This document shows positions 23,334-38,100 of a stretch of DNA of 64,000 nucleotides, in pieces (the stretch's first letter is position 1; every line of letters begins with the position of its first letter). The DNA lies in NCBI GenBank assembly GCA_028826165.1, contig JAPDFW010000068.1, forward strand, positions 401,506-465,505. Reading direction: 5' to 3'. Under the pieces are notes generated by a model. The model was not told the DNA's origin. It did not search any database and worked only from the letters and a program-made list of their open reading frames with translations. The position numbers and the translations under genes are program-made. The DNA is from Anaeramoeba ignava BMAN. Taxonomy: Eukaryota; Protista; Anaeramoebae.

Positions 23334-24809
23334 ATGGAAACTTATTCAAATTTAGAAAAACTCTCAAATGATTTAAAAAATTTATTTCAAAATCAAAATC
23401 AAAATGAAAATGAAAAAGAAGAAGAAAGTTATTTTGATTTTGAAATAATTTGTGAACAAAACAAAATCTCATTTAAAACTCATAAATCAATTCTTTCTTC
23501 AAGAAGTCAATACTTTAAATATCTTTTTAAATCCAAAATGAAAGAGTATCAAGAAAATAAAATGATTCTAAAAGATTTTTCAAGTTCAATTCTATCCTCA
23601 ATTTTGAATTATCTTTATTCAGGAAAAATTGAATTTAATTCAGAAAATGCAATCCAAATTTTACTTTTTTCTTCAAAATATTTAATTGATGAATTAATTG
23701 AAACTTCTTCAGATTTTATCAAAAACAATTTCCAATTTGAAAATATTGTTGATATTCTTAAATTATCTGAGTCAATGAATTTAAATCAATTATTGGATTC
23801 TTCTTATAGATTTATTTCGGAAAATTTTGAAAAATTTATCAAAACTCCATTTTTTCTTGAGCTTGAAGAAAATCATTTAAATTCAATTCTATCAAGTAAT
23901 TATAATTTAACAAACGAATTTGGAATTTTCCAATCAATAATAAAATGGGGAAAGCATAAATCAAATATTAATCAAAAAAAGGAAAATGAAAAGCTTGAAA
24001 AAGAAGAAAAAGAAAAATTGCAAGATCAAATTTCAAATATTATTCAAAAAATCAGATTTATTGATTTTTCCAAAAAAGAACTTGAAAAAATCTTGAAAGA
24101 AGATTTAATTCCAAATCAAATTTCACGGAAGTTAATGAAATTATTAGCATTAAAAACAAAAAAAGATAAAAAAGGAATTAAAAAATTTATTAAAAAACAG
24201 CATTCATTCATTTTCAAATCAAGATTCCATTTTGAATCCAAAATTATTAAAAAAGTTGAGCATTTCAATAAATTAAAAAAATGGATAAATGACGACAGTA
24301 TCTTTTCCGATATGGAACTCGGATTTTCAGCAAAAGAGGACGGATTTGATTGTGAAAATTGGCATGATATTTGTGACGATAAAGGAAAAACACTGGTTAT
24401 TATCAAAACAAAAGATAATTTTATTTTTGGAGGATTTACAAAAGTTGGATTTACAACTGATAAATCAAAATGGAATTATGAAGATGAAAAATCAAATTGT
24501 GGATTTATTTTTGATCGAGACGCTTTTCTTTTTTCATTAAGAAATGATAAAAATAATAGAAAGTCAGAGAAATTTCCAATTAAAAAATATCCTCAGAATT
24601 TGGCTATTACTTATTATCCAAATTCTGGTCCGAATTTTGGAGATGGTGATTTCGGTTTAAATCCTAATTTAAAATCTGGTTATTCGAATTTTGGTCGAAC
24701 TTACAATCTTCCTAATGGAATTAAACATGATACAATTGAAGCAAATAGTTATTTAGCTGGTTCTTATGATCAATGGGAAGTTGATGAACTTGAAACTTTT
24801 TTCTTTTAA
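23334..24809 (+). CDS. BTB-BACK-TLDc domain protein (paralog 1)
   Basis: DFEIICEQ..FKTHKSILSSRSQYFKYLFKSKMKE (BTB); FLELEENHLNSIL..EFGIFQSIIKW (BACK); GFSAKEDGFDCENWHDICDDKGKTLVIIKTKDNFIFGGFT (TLDc); intronless. Confidence 0.9.
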   Translation: METYSNLEKLSNDLKNLFQNQNQNENEKEEESYFDFEIICEQNKISFKTHKSILSSRSQYFKYLFKSKMKEYQENKMILKDFSSSILSSILNYLYSGKIEFNSENAIQILLFSSKYLIDELIETSSDFIKNNFQFENIVDILKLSESMNLNQLLDSSYRFISENFEKFIKTPFFLELEENHLNSILSSNYNLTNEFGIFQSIIKWGKHKSNINQKKENEKLEKEEKEKLQDQISNIIQKIRFIDFSKKELEKILKEDLIPNQISRKLMKLLALKTKKDKKGIKKFIKKQHSFIFKSRFHFESKIIKKVEHFNKLKKWINDDSIFSDMELGFSAKEDGFDCENWHDICDDKGKTLVIIKTKDNFIFGGFTKVGFTTDKSKWNYEDEKSNCGFIFDRDAFLFSLRNDKNNRKSEKFPIKKYPQNLAITYYPNSGPNFGDGDFGLNPNLKSGYSNFGRTYNLPNGIKHDTIEANSYLAGSYDQWEVDELETFFF

Positions 24810-24900
24810 AAAAAAAAACCACAAAATCAATTAGAAAATATTTTTTGGATCATTTTTCTAAAAAAGATTTTTTCATTTTTTTCATTTTTTCGTTTTTTAA

Positions 24901-26484
24901 ATGTATCGAAAAAAAGTTTTTGAATTATCTAACACAAGTTTATTAAAGAGTATTCTTTGTAATAAAGTTTTTATTTTATTAATAGCGCTATTAATTGGAT
25001 TTTTGTTAATTTTATTTCTTTCTGTTCGTTCAATTCCAAATGGTAAAAATTAATCAATCAATTAATCAATCAATTAATCAATAAATCAATCAATTAAAGA
25101 TCAAAAAACAGGGGAAAACACAAATTCAATAATTGGCAAACTACAATCTGATTTAAATGAAAAAAACAAAGAATTAATAGAAATGTCAAAAAAAATGATA
25201 CAATTTGAAAATCAACTCAATTCATTGCAAAAAAAACTCAAACGTTATCGAGATTCTCAATCAAATAAAACACCTTCAATAGATGATCCATTTTCAGATT
25301 TTTATGACTTGAATTTATATCATTATCAAAATCCCTATTTTTATCATACTGAAGAAGATACAAGGTTTATCAAGTATGAAAGATATGAAGATCGACCCAA
25401 AATTTCAAAAACAATAGTTTCTGACAACGAAATACTTTATCATTTGGATTTTGAATCTTTTTATCTTGATACTCCAAATTTTTTGGATCAAGAATCCTAT
25501 GATATGTTTTGTGATGAGAGAGATAAGCCTTCAATGGCACCAGGTGATTGCGAAAAATTTGTATCAAGTATGACAACACCTTACTTCACAACAGGAAATG
25601 AAACATTTGTCAAGAATTTTAGTTTTGATAAACTTCCGGAATGTTTGGAAACAACTACAATGAACTCTTTCCAGAAACCAACTTCTCAAAATGTCAAACA
25701 TTTCGAAAAACTTGCACTCATCACTCCCGCACGCTCCAATTATTTTCAGCACTGGATAGATCATGCTTTATCCCCCTTAATGCAAGCAAGACCCTTTATA
25801 AAAGATAAAGGATATACAATTCTTGCTTTACGCCCAGCAGACAAAAATGTTGATGCTTTTTGGAATTTGGTCAAAAAAGATTTTAATGTGGAAATTGAGT
25901 TTTATCAAAAAAATGTGAGATATGATGTTGACGAGTTCCTGATGGCTTGTAGCGCCACTATTTGGAATCCCCAGTTGATTTATGAATCTAAAATTTTTCT
26001 TCTCAAGAATATTTTGGAAACAGATTCAGATCACCAAATTAGGGACTATATTCCCGAAAATGTTATTTATCTTCCAAGAGTTAATAATTCAAATAAAAGA
26101 GAAGTTTTGAATTCAAAAGAAATTGAAAATTATCTACAAATGAGATTTGGTGACAAATTCAAAATTTTTTATCATCAAGATTTTTTCGACTTGAAAAATT
26201 TAGTCGATTTTTTTGGATCAGCAAAAATTATAATTGGAGGGCATGGTGGAGCTCTTTATAATTTGATTTTCACTTTATCTCATCCTATCATCATTGAATT
26301 CCAAACTCAAATAGAAATTGGTTCAAGACCTATTTTTTGGTGGATATCTCATTCAACTGGAAGTCCTTATTGGAGAATCTATGGAGAACCTATTGGAATA
26401 AATATGAATGTTCCCTTATATAAATTAGAGCAGGTTTTGAATCAAGCTTTGAATGAAGATGTGCATTTACTTTTTAATTTTTGA
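24901..26484 (+). CDS. Type II membrane glycosyltransferase, GT61/DUF563-like (exons 24901-25042, 25112-26484)
   Basis: N-terminal transmembrane segment VFILLIALLIGFLLILFLSV, coiled-coil stem, motifs NYFQHWIDH, REVLNSKEI, AKIIIGGHGGALYNLIF..IIEF. Confidence 0.75.
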
Positions 26485-26563
26485 AAATTCAATTAGGAAA
26501 AAATTTTTTTTTCATTTTTTAAATTTTTCATTTTTTTAATTTTCAATAAAAAAAAAAGCAAAA

Positions 26564-28137
26564 ATGGAAAATTATTCAAATTTAGAAAAACTTTCAAATG
26601 ATTTAAAAAATTTATTTCAAAATCAAAACCAAAATGAAAAAGATGAAGAAAGTTATTTTGATTTTGAAATAATTTGTGAACAAAACAAAACTTCGTTTAA
26701 AACTCATAAATCAATTCTTTCTTCAAGAAGCGAATATTTCAAATCTCTTTTTAAATCCAAAACGAAAGAACTTCAAGAAGACAAATTGATTCTAAAAGAT
26801 GTTTCAAGTTCAATTCTATCTTCAATTTTGAATTATCTTTATTCAGGAAAAATTGAATTTAATTCAGAAAACGCAGTTCAAATTTTAATTTTTTCAACAA
26901 AATATTTAATTGATGAATTAATTGAAACTTCTTCAGATTTTATCAAAAACAATTTAAAATTTGAAACTGTTGTCGATGTTCTTAAACTATCTGAGTCAAT
27001 GGACTTGAATCTATTAGTGCATTATTGTTACCAATTTATTTTGGATCATTTTAAAGAATTTTCCAAAACTTCATTTTTTCTTGAACTTGAAGAAAATCAA
27101 TTAATTCCATTTCTAGCAAGTAATTGCTTTTTAGGAAATGAAGTTGAACTTTTCCAATCAATAATAAAATGGGGAAGACACAAATCAAATATTAATCAAA
27201 AAAAGGCAAATTCAAAACTTAATAAAAAAGAAAAAGAAAAATTACAAGATCAAATTTCAAACGTTATTCAAAAAATCAGATTTATTGATTTTCCCAAAAA
27301 AGAACTTCAAAAAACTTTGAAAGAAGATTTAATTCCAAATCAAATTTCACGAAAGTTAAAAAAGTTATTAACATTAAAAACAAAAAAAGATGAAAAAAAA
27401 ATTAAAAAATTTATTAAAAAAGAAAAAGCAAAAGCAAAAGAAAAAAAGAAGAAGAAGAAAAAGCAAAAAAAGAAAAAGATGAAAATGAAAATGAAGATGA
27501 AGATGAAGATGAAGATGAAGATGAAGAAAAAGAAAATTTTCTGATTTTTAATCCAAGATTAAATTTTAAATCCAGAATTATTAAAAAAAAAAGATACATC
27601 CAAAAATTAAGAAAATGGATCAATGATGACAAAATCTTTTACAATGTTCAATTAGGATTTTCAACGCATTATATTGGATTCTCTACTCGAAAATGGCACG
27701 AACTTTGTGATGATTGTGAAAACACATTAGTTATTATCAAAACAAAAGATAATTTTATTTTTGGAGGATTTACAAAAGTTGGATTTATAACTGATAAATC
27801 AAAATGGAATGAAGATCAAGTATTTGAATCAAGAAGAATTTGTGATCCAGATGCTTTTCTTTTTTCATTAAGAAATGATAAGAACAATAGAAAACCAGAG
27901 AAATTTCCAATTAAAAAAGGTGAAGAAAAAAGAGCTATTATTTATAATGAAAAAAGTGGTCCAATTTTTGGAAGAGGTGATATTTCTTTCCCATTTAGTT
28001 TAGGAATTGGTCGTTCAAATTTTGGAGAAACTTATAATCTTCCTAAAGGAATCAAACTTAAAAAGGCTGAGGCCTTAAGTTATCTATCTGGTTCTATTGT
28101 TTGGGAAATTGATGAAGTCGAAACTTTCTACTTTTAA
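26564..28137 (+). CDS. BTB-BACK-TLDc domain protein (paralog 2), one frameshift in an A-rich tract near 27440
   Basis: N-terminus nearly identical to the 23334 gene. TLDc continues in another frame (WHELCDDCENTLVIIKTKDNFIFGGFTKVGF...WEIDEVETFYF*). Confidence 0.85.
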
Positions 28138-28189
28138 AAAGAATAAAACCCCTTTTTTTTTTTTAAATTCAAAAATAAGATTAAAGCTT

Positions 28190-28940
28190 AATCAATAAAA
28201 ATCTTATTTCAATTTAAATTAAATTTAGAATCAAATTGATTTATTATTTATTATTATTAAAATTATTTATATATTTTTATTAAAATAATTTTATTTTCAA
28301 TTTTTTATTTTATTTAAAAATATAAATAATAAATACATAAAAATATAATTTTAATCATTAAAATTATTATTTCAATTTAAATTAAATTTAGAATCAAATT
28401 AATTTATTATTTATTATTATTAAAATTATTTATATATTTTTATTAAAATAATTTTATTTTCAATTTTTATTTTATTTAAAAATATAAATAATAAATACAT
28501 AAAAATATTATTTTAATCAATAAAATTATTATTTTGATTTAAATTAAATTTAGAATCAAATTAATTTATTATTTATTATTATTAAAATTGTTTATATATT
28601 TTTATTAAAATAATTCTATTTTCAATTTTTATTTTATTTAAAAATATAAATAATAAATACATAAAAATATTATTTTAATCAATAAAATTATTATTTCAAT
28701 TTAATTTAAATTTAGAATCAAATCAATTTATTATTTATTATTATTAAAATTGTTTATATATTCTTATTAAAATAATTCCATTTTCAATTTTTTATTTTAT
28801 TTAAAAATATAAATAATAAATACATAAAAATATTATTTTAATCAATAAAATTCTTATTTCAATTTAAATTAAATTTGGAATCAAATTAATTTATTATTTA
28901 TTATTGTTAAAATTATTTATATATTTTTATTAAAATAATT
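28190..28940. repeat. Intergenic tandem repeat, ~162-163-bp unit, ~4.6 copies
   Basis: Anchor GAATCAAA recurs at 28228, 28391, 28553, 28715 and 28878. Confidence 0.9.
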
Positions 28941-29197
28941 TAAAAAAAATTAAAAAAAGAAAAGCAAATTAAAAGAATTGAAATGATCAAAATTAACTAA
29001 AAGATCTTTTCTAAAAAAAAAAAACGACTATTCTCTTTCTTAAATCAATTAATTAATTTTGATCTTAATTCTTCTTTAATTTTTTACCCCCTAAAACTTA
29101 AAAAAAAAATAAATAAAAACAAAAAGCAAATAAATAAAAAAATTTAAATTAAAAAAATTAAAAAATTAAAAAACATTTTTCTTTTTTTTTTCTTTTA

Positions 29198-32100
29198 ATG
29201 TCAAGATCAACAAAAGATATTTACAACGAAAAAGACATAACAAAATTACCTCAATGGATTCAAACACAAATACGAGTAAGAATTAAAATAGTTTAATGAT
29301 TAAAAATAATAAAAATAAAATAAGATCCAAAACAAATAAACAACAACAACAAATTTCAATAAAAAAAAGCAAAATTATAAATTAAATTATAAATTAAATT
29401 ATAAATAAAATTATAAATAAAATTATAAATTAAATTATAAATTAAATTATAAATAAAAATATAAATAAAATTATAAATAAAAATATAAATAAAAATAATA
29501 AATTAAATTATAAATTAAATTATAAATTAAATTATAAATTAAATTATAAATTAAATAATAAATTAAATTATAAATAAAATTATTAATAAAATTATAAATT
29601 AAATAATAAATAAAATAATAAATAAAATAATAAATAAAATTATAAATCAAATTATAAATAAAATTATAAAATTAAATTATAAATTAAATTATAAATAATA
29701 TTATAAATAAAAAAATATAAATTAAATTATAAATTAAATTATAAATTAAATTATAAATAAAATTATAAATAAAAATATAAATAAAAATAATAAATTAAAT
29801 TATAAAATTAAATTATAAATTAAATTATAAATTAAATTATAAATTAAATAATAAATAAAATTATATATAAAATTATAAACAAATTATAAATTAAATTATA
29901 AATAAAATTATAAATAAAAATAATAAATAAAAATAATAAATAAAATTATAAATTAAATTATAAATAAAATTATAAATAAAATTATAAATTAAATAATAAA
30001 TAAAATTATAAATTAAATAATAAATAAAATTATAAATAAATTATAAATAAAATTATAAATAAAATTATAAATAAAAATATAAATAAAATTATAAATAAAA
30101 TTATAAATTAAATTATAAATAAAAATATAAATTAAATTATAAATAAAATTATAAATTAAATTATAAATAAAATTATAAATTAAATTATAAAATAAAATTA
30201 TAAATTAAATTATAAATAAAATTATAAACTAAATTATAAATAAAATAATAAATTAAAAATTATAAATTAAATTATAAATAAAATTATAAATAAAATTATA
30301 AATTAAATTATAAATTAAATTATAAATAAATTTATAAATAAAATTATAAATAAAAAATAATAAATTAAATTATAAATAAAATTATAAATAAAATTATAAA
30401 TTAAAAATTATAAATTAAAATTATAAATAAAATTATAAATAAAATTATAAATTAAATTATAAATAAAATTATAAATAAAAAATATAAATTAAATTATAAA
30501 TAAAATAATAAAATTATAAATAAAATTATAAATTAAATTATAAATAAAATTATAAATTAAAATTATAAATAAAAATTATAAATAAAATTATAAATAAAAT
30601 TATAAATAAAATTATAAATAAAATTATAAATAAAATTATTAATAAAATTATAAATTAAATTATAAATAAAATTATAAAATAAAAATATAAATAAAAATTA
30701 TAAATAAAATTATAAATAAAATTATAAATTAAATTATAAAATTAAATTATAAATAAAAATTATAAATTAAATAATAAATTAAATTATAAATTAAAAATTA
30801 TAAATAAAATTATAAATAAAAAAATAAATAAAAATTATAAATAAATTATAAATTAAATTATAAATTAAATTATAAATAAAAATTATAAATAAAATTATAA
30901 ATTAAATTATAAATTAAATTATAAATAAAATTATAAATTAAAAATAATAAATAAAATTATAAATTAAATTATAAAATAAAATTATAAAATAAAATTATAA
31001 ATAAAATTATAAATAAAATTATAAATAAAATTATAAATAAAATTATAAATAAAATTATAAATAAAATTATAAATAAAAAATAATAAATAAAATTATAAAT
31101 TAAATTATAAATAAAATTATAAATTAAATTATAAATTAAAATTATAAATAAAAATTATAAATAAAATTATAAATAAAATTATAAAAATAAAATTATAAAT
31201 TAAATTATAAATTAAATTATAAATTAAATTATAAATAAATAAATTTATAAATAAAATTATAAATAAAATTATAAATAAAATTATAAATTAAATTATAAAA
31301 TAAAATTATAAATAAAAATTATAAATAAAAATATAAATAAAATTATAAATAAAAATAATAAATAAAATTATAAATTAAATTATAAATTAAATTATAAATA
31401 AAATTATAAATTAAATTATAAATTAAATTATAAATAAAATTATAAATAAAATTATAAATAATATTATAAATAAAATTATAAATAAAATTATAAATAAAAT
31501 TATAAATAAAATTATAAATAAAATTATAAATAAAATTATAAATAAAATTATAAATTAAATTATAAATAAAAATATAAATTAAATTATAAATAAAAATATA
31601 AATAAAATTATAAATTAAATTATAAATAAAATAATAATTTTGGATTAAATTTTTTAAATTAGGTTTTTACTCGTTGGTGTAATTTACATCTTCAAAAAAG
31701 AAATCTTCAAATTGAAGACGCAAGAACAGACTTTGCAAGTGGTGTAATTTTAATAAATTTAATGGAAATTTTAGCAATAAAAAAATGTCCTCAAAGATAT
31801 AGTCCTCGCCCAAGAGTTTATGCTCAAAAACTTGAGAATTGTAAAATTGGAATCGATTTTGTTGATTCAGAAAGATTACCAAAAGAACCTCGTCTTGTCA
31901 ATGTTGGTGGTGAAGGTTTGTTTCAAAATCAAATTTAAATTAAAATCAAAATCAAAATCAAAATCAAAATCAAAATCAAAATTAAAGTTAAAATCAAAAT
32001 TAAAATCAAATTTAAATTTAAAATCAAAATCAAAATCAAAATCAAAATCAAAATCAAAATCAAAATCAAAATCAAAATCAAAATCAAATTTAAATTTAAA

Positions 32101-35100
32101 ATCAAATTAAAATTAAAATTAAAATCAAAATCAAAATCAAAATCAAAATCAAAATCAAAATCAAAATCAAAATCAAAATCAAAATCAAAATCAAAATTAA
32201 AATTAAAATTAAAATTAAAATTAAAATTCAAAATCAAAATTAAAATTAAAATTAAAATCAAAATCAAAATTAAAATTAAAATTAAAAAGATTTAATCAAG
32301 GAAAATTTAAAGATTATTTTGGGATTAATCTGGATTTTGATTCGAAGATATCAAATTTCACAGGGAGACGATTCAGAAACAAATTCAACACAAAAGATGA
32401 TGCTTGAATGGATTCTATCAAGAATAAATGATTTTGGAGTTCAAATTCGAAATTTAACAGATGAGTAAAAATCACAACAAAAAAAAAATAAATAATAATA
32501 ATTTAATAACAATAAAAATTATTTATTTATAAAATTTAGTTTAAATGATGGAATTGCTCTTTGTTGTTTGGTTGAAAAGCAAAAACCAGGAAATATCCAA
32601 ATTTCCCAATTATCAAAGGTTTCTATTCTTTGATTTTCTTTTTGAAAATTAACTCAAATCCATTTTCCCCAAATTATTTTTTATATAATAAAGGATAATG
32701 CTCAAGAAAATCTCGGACTCGCATTTGATAAAGCAAATGAATTAATGGAAATACCAAAACTACTTGAACCAAAAGATCTTTTAACTGATTCAATAGATGC
32801 TTTATCAGTCTTAACTTATTTATCATATTTTCGAAATTATTCATTAAATAATGTAATATTTGATTTAATATTTTGAGGTGATTTCATTCATTTAATTATG
32901 AATTTATCAATTTATTTTATTTTTTTAAAAAAAATAGCCTGATGAAATTAAAAGAGAATTTGAAGATAAAGAACCTGAAAAAATTGAAGAAATTGAAGTT
33001 GAACCCAAATTAAATGAAATTGAATTAAAATGGAAAGAACCTAAAAATGAAGGAAGTGAAATTGAAAAATATGAAATTGAAGTTAATAATGAAATTATTG
33101 CAGAAAGTAAAAAACCAGAATTTATTATTGAAAATATAAAACCATCAGAAAATTATTCAATAAGAATAAGAGCTAAAAATTCCAAAGGAGAAGCAGAATG
33201 GAGTGATGAAATTAAAACTAAAACTGAAGATAAAGAACCTGAAAAGATACGAGAAATTGAAGTTGAACCCAAATTAAATGAAATTGAATTAAAATGGAAA
33301 GAACCCAAAAATGAAGGAAGTGAAATTGAAAAATATGAAATTGAAGTAAATAATGAAATTATTGCAGAAAGTGAAAAACCAGAATTTATTATTGAAAATT
33401 TAAAACCATCAACAAATTATTCAATAAGAATAAGAGCTAAAAATTCCAAAGGAGAATCAGAATGGAGTGATGAAATTAAAACTAAAACAAAAAACAAAAA
33501 ACCTGAAAAGATACGAGAAATTGAAGTTGAACCCAAATTAAATGAAATTGAATTAAAATGGAAAGAACCTAAAAATGAAGGAAGTGAAATTGAAAAATAT
33601 GAAATTGAAGTAAATAATGAAATTATTGCAGAAAGTAAAAAACCAGAATTTATTATTGAAAACATAAAACCATCAACAAATTATTCAATAAGAATAAGAG
33701 CTAAAAATTCCAAAGGAGAAGCAGAATGGAGTGATGAAATTAAAACCAAAACTGATGATAAAGAACCTGAAAAGATACGAGAAATTGAAGTTGAACCTAA
33801 ATTAAATGAAATTGAATTAAAATGGAAAGAACCTAAAAATGAAGGAAGTGAAATTGAAAAATATGAAATTGAAGTTAATAATGAAATTATTGGAGAAAGT
33901 AAAAAACCAGAATTTATTATTGAAAATTTAAAACCATCAACAAATTATTCAATAAGAATAAGAGCTAAAAATTCCAAAGGAGAAGCAGAATGGAGTGATG
34001 AAATTAAAACTAAGACAAAAAACAAAAAACCTGAAAAGATAGAAGAAATTGAAGTAGAACCCAAATTAAATGAAATTGAATTAAAATGGAAAGAACCCAA
34101 AAATGAAGGAAGTGAAATTGAAAAATATGAAATTGAAGTTAATAATGAAATTATTGGAGAAAGTAAAAAACCAAAATTTATTATTGAAAACATAAAACCA
34201 TCAGAAAATTATTCAATAAGAATAAGAGCTAAAAATTCCAAAGGAGAAGGAGAATGGAGTGATGAAATTAAAACTAAAACAAAAAACAAAAAACCTGAAA
34301 AGATACGAGAAATTGAAGTAGAACCCAAATTAAATGAAATTGAATTAAAATGGAAAGAACCTAAAAATGAAGGAAGTGAAATTGAAAAATATGAAATTGA
34401 AGTAAATAATGAAATTATTGCAGAAAGTGAAAAACCAGAATTTATTATTGAAAACATAAAACCATCAGAAAATTATTCAATAAGAATAAGAGCTAAAAAT
34501 TCTAAAGGAGAAGGAGAATGGAGTGATGAAATTAAAACTAAAACTGAAGATAAAGAACCTGAAAAAATAGAAGAAATTGAAGTAGAACCCAAATTAAATG
34601 AAATTGAATTGAAATGGAAAGAACCTAAAAATGAAGGAAGTGAAATTGAAAAATATGAAATTGAAGTAAATAATGAAATTATTGGAGAAAGTAAAAAACC
34701 AAAATTTATTATTGAAAATATAAAACCATCAGAAAATTATTCAATAAGAATAAGAGCTAAAAATTCCAAAGGAGAAGGAGAATGGAGTGATGAAATTAAA
34801 ACCAAAACTGATGATAAAGAACCTGAAAAGATTGAAGAAATTGAAGTAGAACCCAAATTAAATGAAATTGAATTAAAATGGAAAGAACCTAAAAATGAAG
34901 GAAGTGAAATTGAAAAATATGAAATTGAAGTTAATAATGAAATTATTGCAGAAAGTAAAAAACCAAAATTTATTATTGAAAATTTAAAACCATCAACAAA
35001 TTATTCAATAAGAATAAGAGCTAAAAATTCCAAAGGAGAAGCAGAATGGAGTGATGAAATTAAAACCAAAACTGAAGATAAAGAACCTGAAAAAATAGAA

Positions 35101-38100
35101 GAAATTGAAGTTGAACCTAAATTAAATGAAATTGAATTAAAATGGAAAGAACCCAAAAATGAAGGAAGTGAAATTGAAAAATATGAAATTGAAGTTAATA
35201 ATGAAATTATTGCAGAAAGTGAAAAACCAGAATTTATTATTGAAAATATAAAACCATCAGAAAATTATTCAATAAGAATAAGAGCTAAAAATTCCAAAGG
35301 AGAAGCAGAATGGAGTAATGAAATTAAAACCAAAACTGATGATAAAGAACCTGAAAAGATAGAAGAAATTGAAGTTGAACCTAAATTAAATGAAATTGAA
35401 TTAAAATGGAAAGAACCTAAAAATGAAGGAAGTGAAATTGAAAAATATGAAATTGAAGTAAATAATGAAATTATTGGAGAAAGTGAAAAACCAAAATTTA
35501 TTATTGAAAACATAAAACCATCAGAAAATTATTCAATAAGAATAAGAGCTAAAAATTCCAAAGGAGAAGCAGAATGGAGTGATGAAATTAAAACTAAAAC
35601 AAAAAACAAAAAACCTGAAAAGATACGAGAAATTGAAGTTGAACCCAAATTAAATGAAATTGAATTAAAATGGAAAGAACCTAAAAATGAAGGAAGTGAA
35701 ATTGAAAAATATGAAATTGAAGTAAATAATGAAATTATTGCAGAAAGTGAAAAACCAAAATTTATTATTGAAAACATAAAACCATCAGAAAATTATTCAA
35801 TAAGAATAAGAGCTAAAAATTCTAAAGGAGAAGCAGAATGGAGTGATGAAATTAAAACCAAAACTGATGATAAAGAACCTGAAAAAATAGAAGAAATTGA
35901 AGTTGAACCTAAATTAAATGAAATTGAATTAAAATGGAAAGAACCCAAAAATGAAGGAAGTGAAATTGAAAAATATGAAATTGAAGTAAATAATGAAATT
36001 ATTGCAGAAAGTGAAAAACCAGAATTTATTATTGAAAATATAAAACCATCAACAAATTATTCAATAAGAATAAGAGCTAAAAATTCTAAAGGAGAAGCAG
36101 AATGGAGTGATGAAATTAAAACCAAAACTGATGATAAAGAACCTGAAAAAATAGAAGAAATTGAAGTTGAACCTAAATTAAATGAAATTGAATTAAAATG
36201 GAAAGAACCTAAAAATGAAGGAAGTGAAATTGAAAAATATGAAATTGAAGTTAATAATGAAATTATTGGAGAAAGTGAAAAACCAAAATTTATTATTGAA
36301 AATTTAAAACCATCAGAAAATTATTCAATAAGAATAAGAGCTAAAAATTCCAAAGGAGAAGCAGAATGGAGTAATGAAATTAAAACTAAAACTGATGATA
36401 AAGAACCTGAAAAGATAGAAGAAATTGAAGTTGAACCTAAATTAAATGAAATTGAATTAAAATGGAAAGAACCTAAAAATGAAGGAAGTGAAATTGAAAA
36501 ATATGAAATTGAAGTAAATAATGAAATTATTGGAGAAAGTGAAAAACCAAAATTTATTATTGAAAATTTAAAACCATCAGAAAATTATTCAATAAGAATA
36601 AGAGCTAAAAATTCCAAAGGAGAATCAGAATGGAGTAATGAAATTAAAACTAAAACTGAAGATAAAGAACCTGAAAAAATTGAAGAAATTGAAGTTGAAC
36701 CTAAATTAAATGAAATTGAGTTAAAATGGAAAGAACCCAAAAATGAAGGAAGTGAAATTGAAAAATATGAAATTGAAGTTAATAATGAAATTATTGGAGA
36801 AAGTGAAAAACCAAAATTTATTATTGAAAATCTAAAACCATCAGAAAATTATTCAATAAGAATAAGAGCTAAAAATTCTAAAGGAGAAGCAGAATGGAGT
36901 AATGAAATTAAAACTAAAACAAAAAACAAAGAACCTGAAAAAATTAGAAGAAATTGAAGTTGAACCTAAATTAAATGAAATTGAATTAAAATGGAAAGAA
37001 CCCAAAAATGAAGGAAGTGAAATTGAAAAATATGAAATTGAAGTTAATAATGAAATTATTGGAGAAAGTGAAAAACCAAAATTTATTATTGAAAATTTAA
37101 AACCATCAACAAATTATTCAATAAGAATAAGAGCAAAAAATTCCAAAGGAGAAGCAGAATGGAGTGATGAAATTAAAACCAAAACTGAAGATAAAGAACC
37201 TGAAAAGATAGAAGAAATTGAAGTTGAACCTAAATTAAATGAAATTGAATTAAAATGGAAAGAACCTAAAAATGAAGGAAGTGAAATTGAAAAATATGAA
37301 ATTGAAGTAAATAATGAAATTATTGGAGAAAGTGAAAAACCAGAATTTATTATTGAAAATCTAAAACCATCAGAAAATTATTCAATAAGAATAAGAGCTA
37401 AAAATTCCAAAGGAGAAGCAGAATGGAGTGATGAAATTAAAACCAAAACTGATGATAAAGAACCTGAAAAGATAGAAGAAATTGAAGTTGAACCTAAATT
37501 AAATGAAATTGAATTAAAATGGAAAGAACCTAAAAATGAAGGAAGTGAAATTGAAAAATATGAAATTGAAGTTAATAATGAAATTATTGGAGAAAGTGAA
37601 AAACCAGAATTTATTATTGAAAACATAAAACCATCAGAAAATTATTCAATAAGAATAAGAGCTAAAAATTCCAAAGGAGAAGCAGAATGGAGTGATGAAA
37701 TTAAAACCAAAACAAAAAAAAAAACCTGAAAAAATTGAAGAAATTGAAGTTGAACCTAAATTAAATGAAATTGAATTAAAATGGAAAGAACCCAAAAATG
37801 AAGGAAGTGAAATTGAAAAATATGAAATTGAAGTAAATAATGAAATTATTGGAGAAAGTGAAAAACCAAAATTTATTATTGAAAATCTAAAACCATCAGA
37901 AAATTATTCAATAAGAATAAGAGCTAAAAATTCCAAAGGAGAAGCAGAATGGAGTGATGAAATTAAAACCAAAACAGATGATAAAGAACCTGAAAAGATA
38001 GAAGAAATTGAAGTTGAACCTAAATTAAATGAAATTGAATTGAAATGGAAAGAACCCAAAAATGAAGGAAGTGAAATTGAAAAATATGAAATTGAAGTTA

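Noticed and set aside
28190-28940. CRISPR-like or MITE interpretation of the 162-bp and 150-bp arrays
   Set aside because: Units are full-length tandem copies with no unique spacers, and I see no terminal inverted repeats or nearby cas/transposase genes.
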